From the NCBI RefSeq assembly GCF_018350175.1, contig NC_058373.1:100752001-100816000 (forward strand): a stretch of 64,000 nt of DNA, written 5' to 3'. Below are positions 23,410 through 35,680 of the stretch, one piece after another. The notes under the pieces are model-generated. The model did no database searches. It was given only the letters and a program-made list of their open reading frames with translations, and had not been told where the DNA came from. The stretch comes from Felis catus (lineage: Eukaryota). The position numbers were made by a program, and so were the translations under genes. Each line of letters starts with the position of its first letter. The first letter of the stretch is position 1.

Positions 23410-25600
23410 AGACTTCAATGTACTTAGAAATAGAATGGAATTATATCAGGAATCAATAGCAAAAGGGAACTTAGAAAATGCACTAATATGTGGAAATTAA
23501 GCAAAATTTTCCTAAATAATAAATAAATAATAAATAAATAATAAATTAAGCAAAATTTTCCTAAGCAAAAGTAATCTCAAGAGAAATTAGAAAATAATTT
23601 GAGATGAATAAAATTAAAACAACACAGCAACACATATAGGATGCAGCTAACATAGTGCTTAGGGAAAATTTATACCTATAAAGCCTGTTTTAAAAAGAAG
23701 AAAGATCTCAAGTCAATAACCTAATTTATCCCTTAAGAAACTAGAAGAAGATAAGCAAACTAAACCTAAATCAAGTAGAAGGAAGTAAATAACAAAGATT
23801 TGAATTAAAATAAGTAAAACTGAGAATGGAAAAACAGTAGAAAAATCATGGAAGCCAGAAGCTGGACCTCCAAAAAGATCTACAAAATCTTTCTTAGATA
23901 AAACTTTAGATAGATGAACTAAGAAAAAAAAAAATAGAGAGAAGATTCAAATTACTGAAATCAGGAATAAAAGAGGGAAATCACTACTGACCTTACAAAA
24001 ATGATGAGGATAACAGGGAATATTATGAACTACTGAATATCAACAAATTAGGTCATTGAGATAAAATGGACAAATTCCCTGAAAGACACAAATTACTGAA
24101 ATTGCCTCAAGACGAAATAGAAATTTGAATAAACCTATTATAAGAGATTGAATTAGTTATAAAACAACTTCCCACAAAGGAAAACCTAGAACAAATGGCT
24201 ACACTGGTGATTTCTACCAAACATTTAAAGAATAACACCAATCATTCACAAACACTTCCAAAAACTAGAAGAGAAAGGCGCACTTCCTAATTCGTTCTAT
24301 GAGACAGGCATTACAGAACAAACCATATAAAGATACCACAAGAAAAGAAAACTACTTATGAATATAGACACAAAAGTTCAGGAACAGGACAAGAATGTCC
24401 ACTCTCCTCACTTCCATTTAACATTGTTTTAGAGGGTAATTAAGCAAGAAAGAGAAATAAAAGGTATCCAGATGATAAAGGAATGGGAAAATATATCTCT
24501 AATATGGTCTAGAAGGTGGACCTAAGGAATCCACTTAAAAACCAAAAAAAAGTGTAAGTCAAAATAATAAACAAATTTAACAAAGTTGCAGGATATAAGA
24601 TCAATATACAAAAACCAATTGTATTTCTACATGCTAACAATAAACATTCTAGAAATAAGAGTAAGAAAATCATCTAATTTTTAATGGCATCAAAAGAATA
24701 AAATACTTAGGTATAGGTTTAACAGGAAAGTGCAAAATTTCTACACTGAAAACTATAAAACATGTTGAAAGAAATTAAAGAAGATCTAAATAAATGGAAA
24801 GATATCCCATAATCATGGATTGGAATACAAAATATTGTCAGGATGACAATATTTACCAAAATGGTCTACAGATTCAGTGCAATCAATATCAAAAGTTCAG
24901 CTATTTTTTTCGGCAGAAATTGATAAACTGATTCAAAAAATACATATGGAAATGCAAGAGACCCAGAATAGCCAAACCATCATGAAAAAGAGGAGCAAAG
25001 TTAGAGAACTCCCAATCTGTAATTTCAAAATTTATTACAAGGTACAGTAATTTAGACAGTATGGTACTGACATAAGGATAGACACATAGATCAATGGAAT
25101 AGAATTGGTAGTCCAGAAATACACCCTTACATTTATGGTCAATTGATCCTTCACAAGGTGCTAAGAAATACACAGTTTTAGAATATGACACAAAAAACAC
25201 AAGCAACTGAAGAAGAAAATAGATAAACTGCATTAATGTTAAAATATTTTTTAAAATGTTCATTTATTTTGAGAGAGTAGTGAGAGAGAGACAGAGAGAG
25301 AGACAGAGTGCAAGCAGGGGAGGATCAGAGAGAGAGGGAGACACAGAATCTGAAGCAGGCTCCAGGCTCTGAGCTGTCAGCACAGAGCCCGATGTGGGGA
25401 TCGAATCCACAAACCGGGAGATGATGACCTGAGCCAAAGTCAGACACTAACTCAACTGACTGAGCCACCCAGGTGCTCCAAGGTTAAAAACCTTTTTGTT
25501 AAAAGAATACCATCAAGAAAATTAAATGACAACCCACAGAATGGGAGAAAATATTTGCAAATAATATATGATGCCGGACTCATGTCCAGAATATATAAAG
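23410..25600 (+). mobile_element. L1 ORF2 remnant with internal deletions
   Basis: GGATGCAGCTAA..TAGGGAAAATTTATA, ACTGGTGATTTCTACCAAACATTTAAAG, AAGTTGCAGGATATAAGATCAATATACAAAA and ACAGTATGGTACTG; many stops, and part of RT is missing near 24378. Confidence 0.93.
25248..25479 (-). mobile_element. CanSINE nested in L1
   Basis: Full antisense body. Confidence 0.95.
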
Positions 25601-27339
25601 AAGCACTGCTGTATTGTAATTGTTTATTTACTTATTAGTATCTCCAACTGGACTGTGGCTCTAGAAGGTCTACAGATTCTAGACCACCTCTAACAGGTCA
25701 TTATAATCCGACCACCTCTAACAGGTCTGATATGGTATGGACGGTCATTAGGTAATCGTCAAATAAATGAATAAATGATGTGAGAACAGGAAGAGTAAAC
25801 AATGACTCAAGACTGCAAGCGTAGGAACAAGGAGGTAATGGAAAAAATGGGTAGGGGCATCTATTTGTGGGAGAAAATGATGAACACCCACAGGCTAATT
25901 TCAGACAACAGGTGGGTACTCTAAGGCGGTACCCAGCCTTCCACGGCTCCTGTTTAGTACTGACTCCGATGTGGAAAATGGCCCAGCCCTGCTTACATTA
26001 CCTATGCACTCCCAAGGACTCAAGATGTATATTTTCCCCAAAGGCAGCATATAATTTTGAGAATTGTGATCATTTTTTCCATGTTCTTTTGAAGGCTGTA
26101 AAATAATTTTAGATGCAATAGTAATTCTAGGTCCTTGCTTACTCTTGACCTTTGAAGTTTGATTCAAAACATCGCACACCTCCCAGCCCAGATGTTGGCG
26201 AGTTAATGATATATTGCTGCAGGAAAGAGCATGGTCTTGTTTGCATGAGGAGCTGGAAATCTTTGGTAATGTTATCTTACCTCGATTTCCTTTTTTGAGG
26301 ATACAACTGAAATATACTTTTGTCGGCATAAAGGCAAAAGAGAAGGAATTAGGAAAAATAATGACACTTCCTAGTGTTTACAGTATGAAGCATTGTCTTG
26401 CGATTGGTGTGAGAAGTCTTCAAACCCATAGAGGCTCTTCTAGCCCAAGAATAAAGAGGATAATTTCCAGCTAAGTGCATCCAAAGGCTTTTTTTAGAGC
26501 ATAAACTCCTTTTACCCATTGCTTACATCCCGTCCTCACCCTTGGTTTCGAAATGATAGGATTCGCACAGAACTAATTACTAAACCTGCCCTGCCAACCA
26601 TTCTTAAAAGCCCTTTAGCTTTTTAACTGGCAAAATCAACTTTAAGAAGAATAATGTCTTTATAGGTAAGCAGTCAACAAATCTAGCCAATGCTATTTGG
26701 TTCTTCTTACAGTATACTGTGAGTCGTGATTTGTGTATATTTCTCGAGATTCTCTCCTAGGTGGAAGCATCTTGAGGATATGGGACAGATATCCTTCTTG
26801 GCCCCTAATACAATGTTGTACATTAACTAAGTGCTTAATAACTATCTGTGATACGGATAAATTAATCTGTAGCAGCCTTCTGGTGCTGGTTAGCTGGTTA
26901 TCATGCAGTGCTGGGCGTGTCCGGCTCAGTGAATGCTAGTGAATTATATGTAATGGCGTTGTCTCCTAACATCTCCCTAATAATGATTTTTTCTGGGGAA
27001 GGGCAGCTAATCATGCCCTGGAGAGTCCTAGGCACCTTCTCCTTGTCTCCTTAGGTGGGAGTGTTGTCTTCAGGCACAGACAATCCTGGGTCTGGCAGCC
27101 TTACTAGCTTCTCTGAGTAGGTGGAGAATCTGGTTCAAAGAGGTTGTGAGACGACACCGGAGCTTCTACCACACGTTGGTGGCAGAGTGGAGGCCAGACA
27201 CCTTCCTGACCGAATAGCTGATTTCTTGGAAGCAATTACCAATAGCCAGCTTTTTAATGAGCGGACATTTTCTTACATGAAACATGGCCTTTGCACTGGC
27301 TTCCTATGGGAACCTCTGCTTACAAATACCTCTGTTCTG

Positions 27340-27560
27340 TTCTTTTTTTTTTCTTTTTTTTACGTTTATTTATTTATTTTTGAAAGAGAGAGAAAGCACG
27401 AGTTGGGGAGGAGCAGAGAGAGAGAGAGGGAGACTGAGAATCTCAAGCAGGCTCCTTGCGGTCCACACAGAACCCAACACAATGCTCAAACTCCTGAACT
27501 GTGAGATCATGACCTGGGCTGAAGTTGGAGGCTTAATCGACTGAGCCACCTAGGCAACCC
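27340..27560 (-). mobile_element. CanSINE
   Basis: Antisense body; flanked by CTGTT repeats. Confidence 0.92.
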
Positions 27561-28859
27561 CCCCCCCTGTTATTTTTAATAATAGTTTTCCAGTAAGGTT
27601 TCTTCACCCTGAGGAATCCAAAAACTCACACCCTGCTCTATTTAGTGTTCCTGCCATCTCCCCCTTACCCTGCTCAATGTAAAACTGCAAATAGCCAGGC
27701 AAGAGGGAGGTGCTGTTTCATCTGGGTGATTGAAGATATCATTCTTTCTTTCTATAATCGCCGAATACTTTCTCCTCTGCTCTGTAATCCTTGGTGTATG
27801 GCTTCTTCAAACTCCTAGAGAAACTTGCCGATTCTAAAATATATTTATTTGTGTTCTCAGTAATGGAGTTGACTGGGAACTGTGACGAGAAAGGCCTCCC
27901 TCAACCCTGATTATGCATCGATGTTTACAATCAGCTCACAGTATCATCACACCCCAGCTTTTCTATATAGCAATGTAATGACAAGACACATTGGCACGTT
28001 GGTTTAATCACTGCCCTCAACTGGAAATACATCCATGTAATATTTTCTTGCACTTTGTTTCCCAGAGAGTGCCAGACCAGCAGCCAGACCAGCAGTCAGC
28101 ACCTGCAGTGACTGGCAAGGTGTGCCTGGCAGCTTTACCAGCCAGATGCCAAGTTCTATCCTGTTCCAATAATAGCGTCTGGGTGGCAAGCTGGCTTCCT
28201 GCTCACATATAAATCTGCCACAGGCCCATGGAGTGCTCCTGGAAGCCTGGACTTGGATTGGCTGCTTACCACCCACCTCTGAGGAAGGGAGTGACTACCC
28301 CCGGCTCTTCCCTGAGTTCTAGTAACTGTGTGGTAGAATTCCCTCTGAAGGTTGAATGCCTGCTCCTTTTGGTGATTTCTGTGTCTACCTGGACCACCTT
28401 GGTTCTACTCTTGGTGCCCTACCACCCTCTCATGCAGAAATGACCTCCAAATCACAGCCGATGCTTCCCTACCTCTGTCTTGTACGGAGAACAGTTGGAG
28501 CTTGAGTGCACCAGCCAAGTGGCTTTGGGAAGGCAGATGGCTCTACTTCATTTTTGGTACAGAATGTGTCGAAGGGTCTACCCTGGCCCCTGTGGAGGCC
28601 AAATCAGCATGAAAAGTCTACATTTTTCAGTTGAATTACAGTGATTTTTCATGCCTAGTAAATACTCAAAAGAAGCATTCCTATTAAGTTCCTTTGCAAG
28701 TAGGCACTTGTCCTGGTAAGGACTTTCTCATTAAGGTAAGGACTTTACCATCTACTTTCCCATTAAGTAGATGGTAAATGAGGCTATTTCATAATTTCTA
28801 CCACTGTTAAACTTTATGGAGATTGGGCAGAAAATAATAAGAAGTCTAGTTCTTTAGTA

Positions 28860-28930
28860 GAGAAGTATAAAGCTTTAGAGTAAGTGGCCAGAGTTTGAAT
28901 TCAGTTTCTATACTTACGAGAAATAATTAG

Positions 28931-28963
<33 letters not shown>

Positions 28964-29130
28964 TAGAGATAATCATTATAGAATATAGTAATAATATACA
29001 AAATAATCATAGAATAATATATAAATAATGCAGATAATCATAAACTTCGACAGCACCGTAATTGAAGATCAAATGTAAGAATGCATGAAATGCACTTAAC
29101 ACAGCACCTAATACAAAATTAATACTATTC
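28860..29130 (+). mobile_element. MIR remnant with (AAT)n microsatellite
   Basis: GAGTTTGAATTC..TACTTAC; (AAT)n at 28931-28959; GCACTTAACACAGCACCT. Confidence 0.55.
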
Positions 29131-29989
29131 AGTGCTTTAAGACTTTTTTCTTTCTTTCTGGCTTCTTTCCAAGTCCTCAGAATGGATCTGCGTTCACATT
29201 CTTCAGTGTTACTGGCAGTTAGCACGGATGGCAAAGAGTCTTAAGTAAGTTGGTTTGAGGTTGAACGGCCTTGCTTGAGTGACTGCAGAGGCCCATTTTA
29301 CTATTGTGTAACTTAAATTTTTCAGCTTTGACCTCGATGACAGGTTTGTGTAACATGCTGCAAGTCCCCCTGTAATTATGGTTAGATGAAAAGAATATAT
29401 GGGATAATGATATGACTTTTCCCCACCCCTTGCTCAACACTGTGGTATAGAAGGAAGAGGCCTCTTGAGAAAGCACTTTCGGAATGGTAAGAGCATGTGT
29501 GTTGGTTTGTCTTAGAACACAACATTCTTGGATTCCGCTCCTGGTGGACTTGGTCAGGCCTACTGGGCTGAGGTTCGCTACAGGAGACAGTTAGAATGCA
29601 ATGCTATGCAAGCAAGTGCGATTCACGGCCACTGAAGATTTTGCAGAAATGTTAATGTTTGCGAAGTCCTCTGAAGTTCATATTTTCCATGCATCTGGAA
29701 ATTCCAGTTGCCAAAATTGAATTGTCGCTCTTTATAATTTCCATTCCTTTATTTGGTAGCTAGTCTGGGACTGCTCTTAATTAAGGACTCATACCTTCCT
29801 TCCAAATTTCTTCTTTAACCAGGCTTTATTTGCCTAACAGACTGAGGGGTGTCCTGGATTTTTTGTTGAAATCTGAGAGTTTAAGTGTCTGTGCATTCTC
29901 TATCCTAGTCTGGTGGTGAGCCAGACACCATTTCTTTTCTTTTCACCCACTTCCTCAGTGACACTTTTAAGGGCAACAGAAGCCCAAAT

Positions 29990-30130
29990 TAGAGCTTCTC
30001 GATTAATGTGCACACAAATCACTTGAGGTCTTTGTTAAATTGCTGATTCTGGTTTAGGGGGTCTGGAGTTGGCTTGAGATTGTGCATTTCTAACACGTTT
30101 CCAGGTGATTCCCATGCTGCTGGAATGTAG
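29990..30130. mobile_element. MER5-like hAT MITE
   Basis: AATCACTTGAGG..TTGTTAAA..GCTGATTCTG..GGCTTGAGATTGTGCATTTCTAACA..CCAGGTGAT. Confidence 0.75.
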
Positions 30131-32642
30131 ATCAAGAGCACATGTATAACTTCATCCTAGGTTATACACAAAATTCTGTAGGGATCCAAGTCTCCAAACA
30201 TTTACTGAGACTTTCAGCAAATCTAGCGTTTTTTTTTTTTTCTCTCTGAATCCTCAGGTGGAAGTTTTGGATCATTTTATCTTTTGGCAATACTAAACAC
30301 CGTAGATTTATGAAGCCCTACTGTAGATCTATTTCCCTTGATTAGTTTATATTACATTAATATTTATCATCCACGTAGAATTTCAATCCTCATATATGTA
30401 ACTGTTGCTGTGACAAACAACATACATATAAATAGAAATGTTTAGTCAGCTGCAGTGACTCTCTTGAGGCTGTTTTGCTTTTGCTGGCCTTTGGATTTTA
30501 AGTTTCCTTTTGTTGATTTCACCATCAGATTCATGGCCTTGTCAAACTTAGTGATATGTATCACCTATAAGATACCAGTGGGGTGTTTGCTATTGGCACT
30601 TTCCTGGATAACTCTAAACTGCACGAAAATTGCTCTTAATCTTTTTTTGTCATCTGCTCCATTGTTTAATAGGCACAAAGAGCCAGCTAGGATTTCTTTG
30701 GTCATCTTGTGTGATTGAACAATGAACAAATAAACCCAGACAACATGGTTAAAAACATCTCCCCACTTCCTCTTTTTGAAAACTAGGAATACATCTCAGA
30801 CCAGAGAGGAGATGGAAATTTAGGATATACCTATTTGGAATTGAATAAAGTGACTTACAGCTTATCAAACGTCAACTCTTTTGGTTGAAAGCACAAATGA
30901 TAGCATTGGCTAGGCTTTCCTGATTCTTCCTCCTTTCCTGGTTGTCTATTTATAATTTCCACTTTATAAGCACTTCCCTAGATTATCTAAAATTAATAAC
31001 TCAAGCAACTAAAAGTAGTTTGCTACATTATTAGGCTGTTTATTTCAGAACTTTCTTCTTTCCTAATGTAAGGGTTTATTACTATTAACTTCCCTCTTCG
31101 AACTGATTTTGCTGCATCCCTTTTTTTGGTATGTTGGTTTTACATTTCTGTTTGTTTCAAGATATTTTTTGATTTTCCTTTTGAGTCCTTATTTGACCCA
31201 TTTATGGCTCAGGAGTGTGTTGTTTAATCTCCACATATTTATGAAACTTCCAGTTTTCCTCCTGTTATTGATTTCTAGTTTCATATCATCGCAGCCAGAA
31301 AAGATACTTGGTATGGTTCCAGTCATTTAAAATTTTCTAAGACTTGTTTTGTAACCTAGCATATGACCTATCCTGGACAATGTTCCATGTGCACTTGAGA
31401 AGAATGTGTATTCTGCAGCTATTAGATGGAATGCTCTGCGTATGTCTGTTAGGTTCATTTGGTAGAAAGTATAATTCAAGTTCAATATTTCCCAACTGAT
31501 TTTCTGTCTGGATGATCTAGCCATTATTGAAGGTGAGGTACTGATATCCTCTACTATTATTGCATTGTTATCTACTTCTCCCTTCAGATTTGTTGGTATT
31601 TGCTTAATATACTTAAGTGCTCCAACTTGGATGCACACATATTTATCAATGTTACAGTCTCTTGATGAATTGACCTTTTTATCCTTATATTACCTTCTTT
31701 GTCTCTTGGTACAGTTTTTGACTTAAAGTCTATTTTGTCATGTATAAATATAGCTATCCCTACCTACTCCTGCTGTCTCTATGTTTCCATTTGCATGGAA
31801 TATCTTTTTCCATTCCACTACTTTGAGCCTATGTGTGCTCTTAAAGTTGAAGTGAGTCTCTTATAGACAGTATATAGTTGGGTTTGGTGTGTGTTTTTAA
31901 TCAGCCACTCTATGCCCTTTGATTGGAGAATTTAATTTACTTACATTTAGAGTAATTATTGATAGATAAAGATATACTAATGCCATCTTGTTTGTTTTCT
32001 TGCTGTTTTGTAGTTTATTGTTCCTTCTTCCTCTCTTGCTCTATTCCTTTGTGAATCAATGATTTTCTGTAATGCTATGCTTTGATTCCCTTGTCTTTAT
32101 CCTTTGTGTATCTACTGTAAGTGTTTGCTTTGTGGTCACCATGAGGCTTAAGTAAAACATAGATATAATAGTCTACGCTAATAACTTGGATCATGTACAA
32201 AAACTGTCCTTTTACTCCCCGGCATATTTTATGCTTTTGATGCCCCAATTTACACCTTTCTGTATCTTTTATCCATTAACAAATTGATGTAGCTATAGTT
32301 ATTTTTAATAATTTTGTCCTTTCATCTCTATACTGGAGTTAAATGATTAATATACTTATTATGGATTTGTATTATGGAGTATTATGAATTTGACTATATG
32401 CTTAACAGTGTTATCTTATATTTCCATATGTTTTCATGTTCCTAATTAATGTCCTTTTATTTCAGCTTAAAGAACTCTTTTCAGCATTTCTTGTGAAGCA
32501 AGCCAGTGGTGATTAACTCCTTCAGCTTTTGTTCATTTGGAAGAGTCTTTATCTCTCCTTCATTTCTGACAGACAACTTTGCTAGGTATAGAATTCTTGT
32601 GTGGCAGTTATTTTCTTTCAGCCCTTGAAATATATCATCCAA

Positions 32643-32825
32643 GGGGCACCTGGGTGGCTCAGTCAATTAAGTGTCTGACTCTTGATTTCTGCTCAGTTCA
32701 TGATTTCATGGTTTGTGGGATTGAGCCCCATGTTGGGCCCTGCACTAACAGCTCTCTCTATCCCTGTCTCTCTGTGCTTCCCCTGCATTGGCTGTCAAAA
32801 TAAATAAATAAACTTAAAAATATAT
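32643..32825 (+). mobile_element. CanSINE nested in L1
   Basis: Body with small internal deletion; TSD ATATATCATCC. Confidence 0.92.
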
Positions 32826-32950
32826 ATATCATCCCACCCTTTCCTGGCCTGAAAGGTTTCTGCTGAGAAATCTACTGGTAGCCTTATGAGGTTCCCTTGC
32901 ATATGAGGAATTTTTTTTTCTCTTGCTGCTTTTAAAATTCTCTCTTTGTT

Positions 32951-33157
32951 GGGGAGCCTGGATGGCTCAGTCAGTTAAGTGTCTGACTTTGACTCAGGTC
33001 ATTATCTCACAGTTCATGAGGCTGAGCCCCACATTGGACTCTACTGACAGCTCAGAGCCTTGAGCCTGCTTCGGATTCTGTGTCTCCTGTCTCTGACCCT
33101 CCCCTGCTCATGCTCTGTCTCTCTCTCTTTCTCAAAAAAATAAACATTAAAAAACAC
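32951..33157 (+). mobile_element. CanSINE nested in L1
   Basis: 16-bp TSD AAAATTCTCTCTTTGT. Confidence 0.95.
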
Positions 33158-33309
33158 AAAATTCTCTCTTTGTCTTAGATTTTAGACAGTTTTATTATAA
33201 TGTGTCTTGGAGAAGATTTCTTTGTATTGAATCTGTTTAGGGACCTATGAGTATCATACACTTGATGTTTAAATCTTTCTCAAGATTTCTGGATTCAAGC
33301 TTCAAGATG

Positions 33310-34292
33310 TTGACTTAGTAGATCTGAGGATGGCAATGATCAGTTTCCTTTGCTGATTCCTCTTCCTCTCTCTGACTTCTAAATATTAGAGTGTCCCCAG
33401 ATTCAGATGTCTTTTGTTTTCTAGCTATGCTCACTCCCTAGATAATGTTATCTAGGCTCAGAGATTTAAATACCATGTACACACTGATGATTTCTATACT
33501 CCTAGCTCCAGCCTGCTCCTTTCCCTGAACTCTAGACTAATGCATTAACCACCTATCCAACATTTCAAACCTAGTATGTTTTGATTCCCTTCCAAACCCG
33601 TTTTTTCCCCCCATAGTCTTTTCCATCTCAGAAAATGCAGCTACATGCTTTTGGTAGCTCAGGTTGAACGCCTTTCTCTTTTATACCTCACATAAATATT
33701 GCTAGCAAATCCTTAACTTTCAAAACATATCCCAAATCTTACTACTCTTCACCATGGCCACTTCTCTATCCTGGTCAAAGTCACTATCATCTCTCTCCTG
33801 GATTATGGCAATTGTCTCCTAATTAATCTCTCTGCTGCTCCATTCAGCACCAGCCTTCCGGCCTGCTCTCTCACCACCCTCTCCCTTACTCCTTCCACTC
33901 ATGCTATATTGGTTCCTAACTCTTCTTGAAATATACCATGTATGTTCCACCCAGGGCTTTCATACAAGCTGACCCCTCTGGCTGGAAGGATCTCTCTTGA
34001 GATATTTGTACACCACACTCTCTCACTTCCTTCAGGTCTCTTCTTAAGTGTGATCTAGCAAATAGAGGCAGCCCTGACTAACCCATATAGAATAGTGATA
34101 GCTCTACAACCCGACTTTATTTCTCTGCATAGTATTCATCCCCACCTGAGAGGTTTTACATTTTTATTTTTTTATTGTCTGGATCCTCCCATCAGATATA
34201 ACCTCTAGGAAAGAATGACTTTTTTATGCCATCACTGAACAGGCACTCAATGTATACTTGTAATAGTTGTAGAATGAATGAATGAATGAATG
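33310..34292 (+). mobile_element. L2 LINE 3' portion
   Basis: AAATACCATGTACACACTGATGA..CTCCAGCC..CTGAACTCTAGAC; ends GGCACTCAAT..(TGAA)n. Confidence 0.85.
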
Positions 34293-34562
34293 AGAACTGT
34301 ATTGCCCAGCAATGATTTTCTAAGCATAGTGTCTATTTCAAATTAGAAATTTATTGAGGTCATACCCTATCTTGTTAATTTCTGTACCTTATCAAATAAA
34401 CATTTGTTGAGTGAATGAATAATTGTAGTGTAGAGGAAATACTACACACTTTAGAGAAAGGTAGCTGGACTCAAATTCTGTCTTGGCCTTGGATTAATCA
34501 TGTAACTTAGGCTAAGTGATTAGGTCTTCCTGAGCCATAATTTCCACATAAGGAGATAAAAG

Positions 34563-34564
34563 TT

Positions 34565-34603
<39 letters not shown>

Positions 34604-34794
34604 TTCATTTATTTATTTACAGATAGAGAGAGAAAGAGAGAGAACGAACATGGGGAGGGGAAGAGAGAAGGAGAGAGAGAATCCCAAGTGGGTTTCAGGC
34701 TGATAGTGAGGTTTGACCTCATGAACTGTGAGATCATGACCTGAGCCAAAATCAAGAGACAGACACTTAACCAGCTGAGCCACCTAGGCACCCC
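34563..34794 (-). mobile_element. CanSINE inserted into a MIR
   Basis: (TTTA)n tail and antisense body; MIR text on both sides (34420-34560, 34800-34870). Confidence 0.9.
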
Positions 34795-35179
34795 CCAAAG
34801 CTCTACCTATGGTTCTTCCAAGGATTAAATGAGATAACGTATTTAAAGTTCTTAATATAAAGACTTAACTATATTCGGAACATAGCATATTGATGCTGAT
34901 ATTCTTCATCACCAATATTAATGTCTTCTCTCTTTTCCTCTTCATTATATTTACTTCCTACTTCACAGATTCTTTAAAATCAATGAAAGGTATTAACCCA
35001 AGCTCTGGTAACTGAGTTTCTCACTGCCCCAGGTTCATAAAGTCTAGATTAATGGAAATCCTAGATTTATCCCGAAGACTCAAGTGAAGAGTATAAATGG
35101 CCACAAATTCATACTTTGGAGGAGCTTAAAAATAGGTCTAGAATATATTCAGAACCCACCTACTACTACCTCTACTTTT

Positions 35180-35680
35180 ATCTCTTCTGTAGATTAGTGC
35201 AACTGGTTTCCTAGCTTTTGTCCTTGTGCTAACTCTACTCTAACTACAATAGTCTTCTTGTTGTCCCTGGGGCATGTTATCATGCATGGCCCATCCCCAG
35301 GACCTTTGAGCTTGTGATGTCCTCTGACCGGAATATTCTTTCCTAAAATACTTGTAGCACTCATACTCTTGCTTCAGATCTTTGCTCAAAAATTCATCCT
35401 TACAAAAAAGTCTTCCTTGGGCCCCTTTTTGTCAATTTCAATGCTTCCACCCTAGGAAGACACATGACCTTTCCCACTTTACTATTTTTTCCATAACGTC
35501 ATGTCATCATAGGACAAACTATATATTTATCACTCAAGAGTAGAACATAAAGCTCCATGAGGGCAGGATTTTTGCTTGTTTTGTTCCCCCCTCCCCCTTT
35601 ACCCCAGTGCCTGGCACACAGTGGCTGATTAAAGATGTTTATTACATGAATTGGTAAATGAATAAATGAATGAATGAATA
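35180..35680 (+). mobile_element. L2 3' end
   Basis: AGAACATAAAGCTCCATGAGGGCAGGA..CCCAGTGCCTGGCACA..(TGAA)n. Confidence 0.8.

Larger units (their letters stand above)
31045..33290 (-). mobile_element. L1 internal fragment (ORF1 C-terminal half, spacer, ORF2 endonuclease), decayed
   Basis: ORF 31327-31638 gives KYIKQI..LKGEVDNN..SSRQKI..YTFFSSAHGTLSRIGHMLG (APE-like EN); ORF 32481-32666 gives LKENNCHTRILYLAKLS..EGEIKT (ORF1p CTD). Confidence 0.95.

Noticed and set aside
25901..26329. Longest ORF in the track (142 aa, minus strand)
   Set aside because: No recognisable domain or exon structure, and it overlaps equally uninformative ORFs on the other strand
31327..32666. L1 endonuclease and ORF1 peptides as functional genes
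   Set aside because: Fragmented by stops, frameshifts and two SINE insertions
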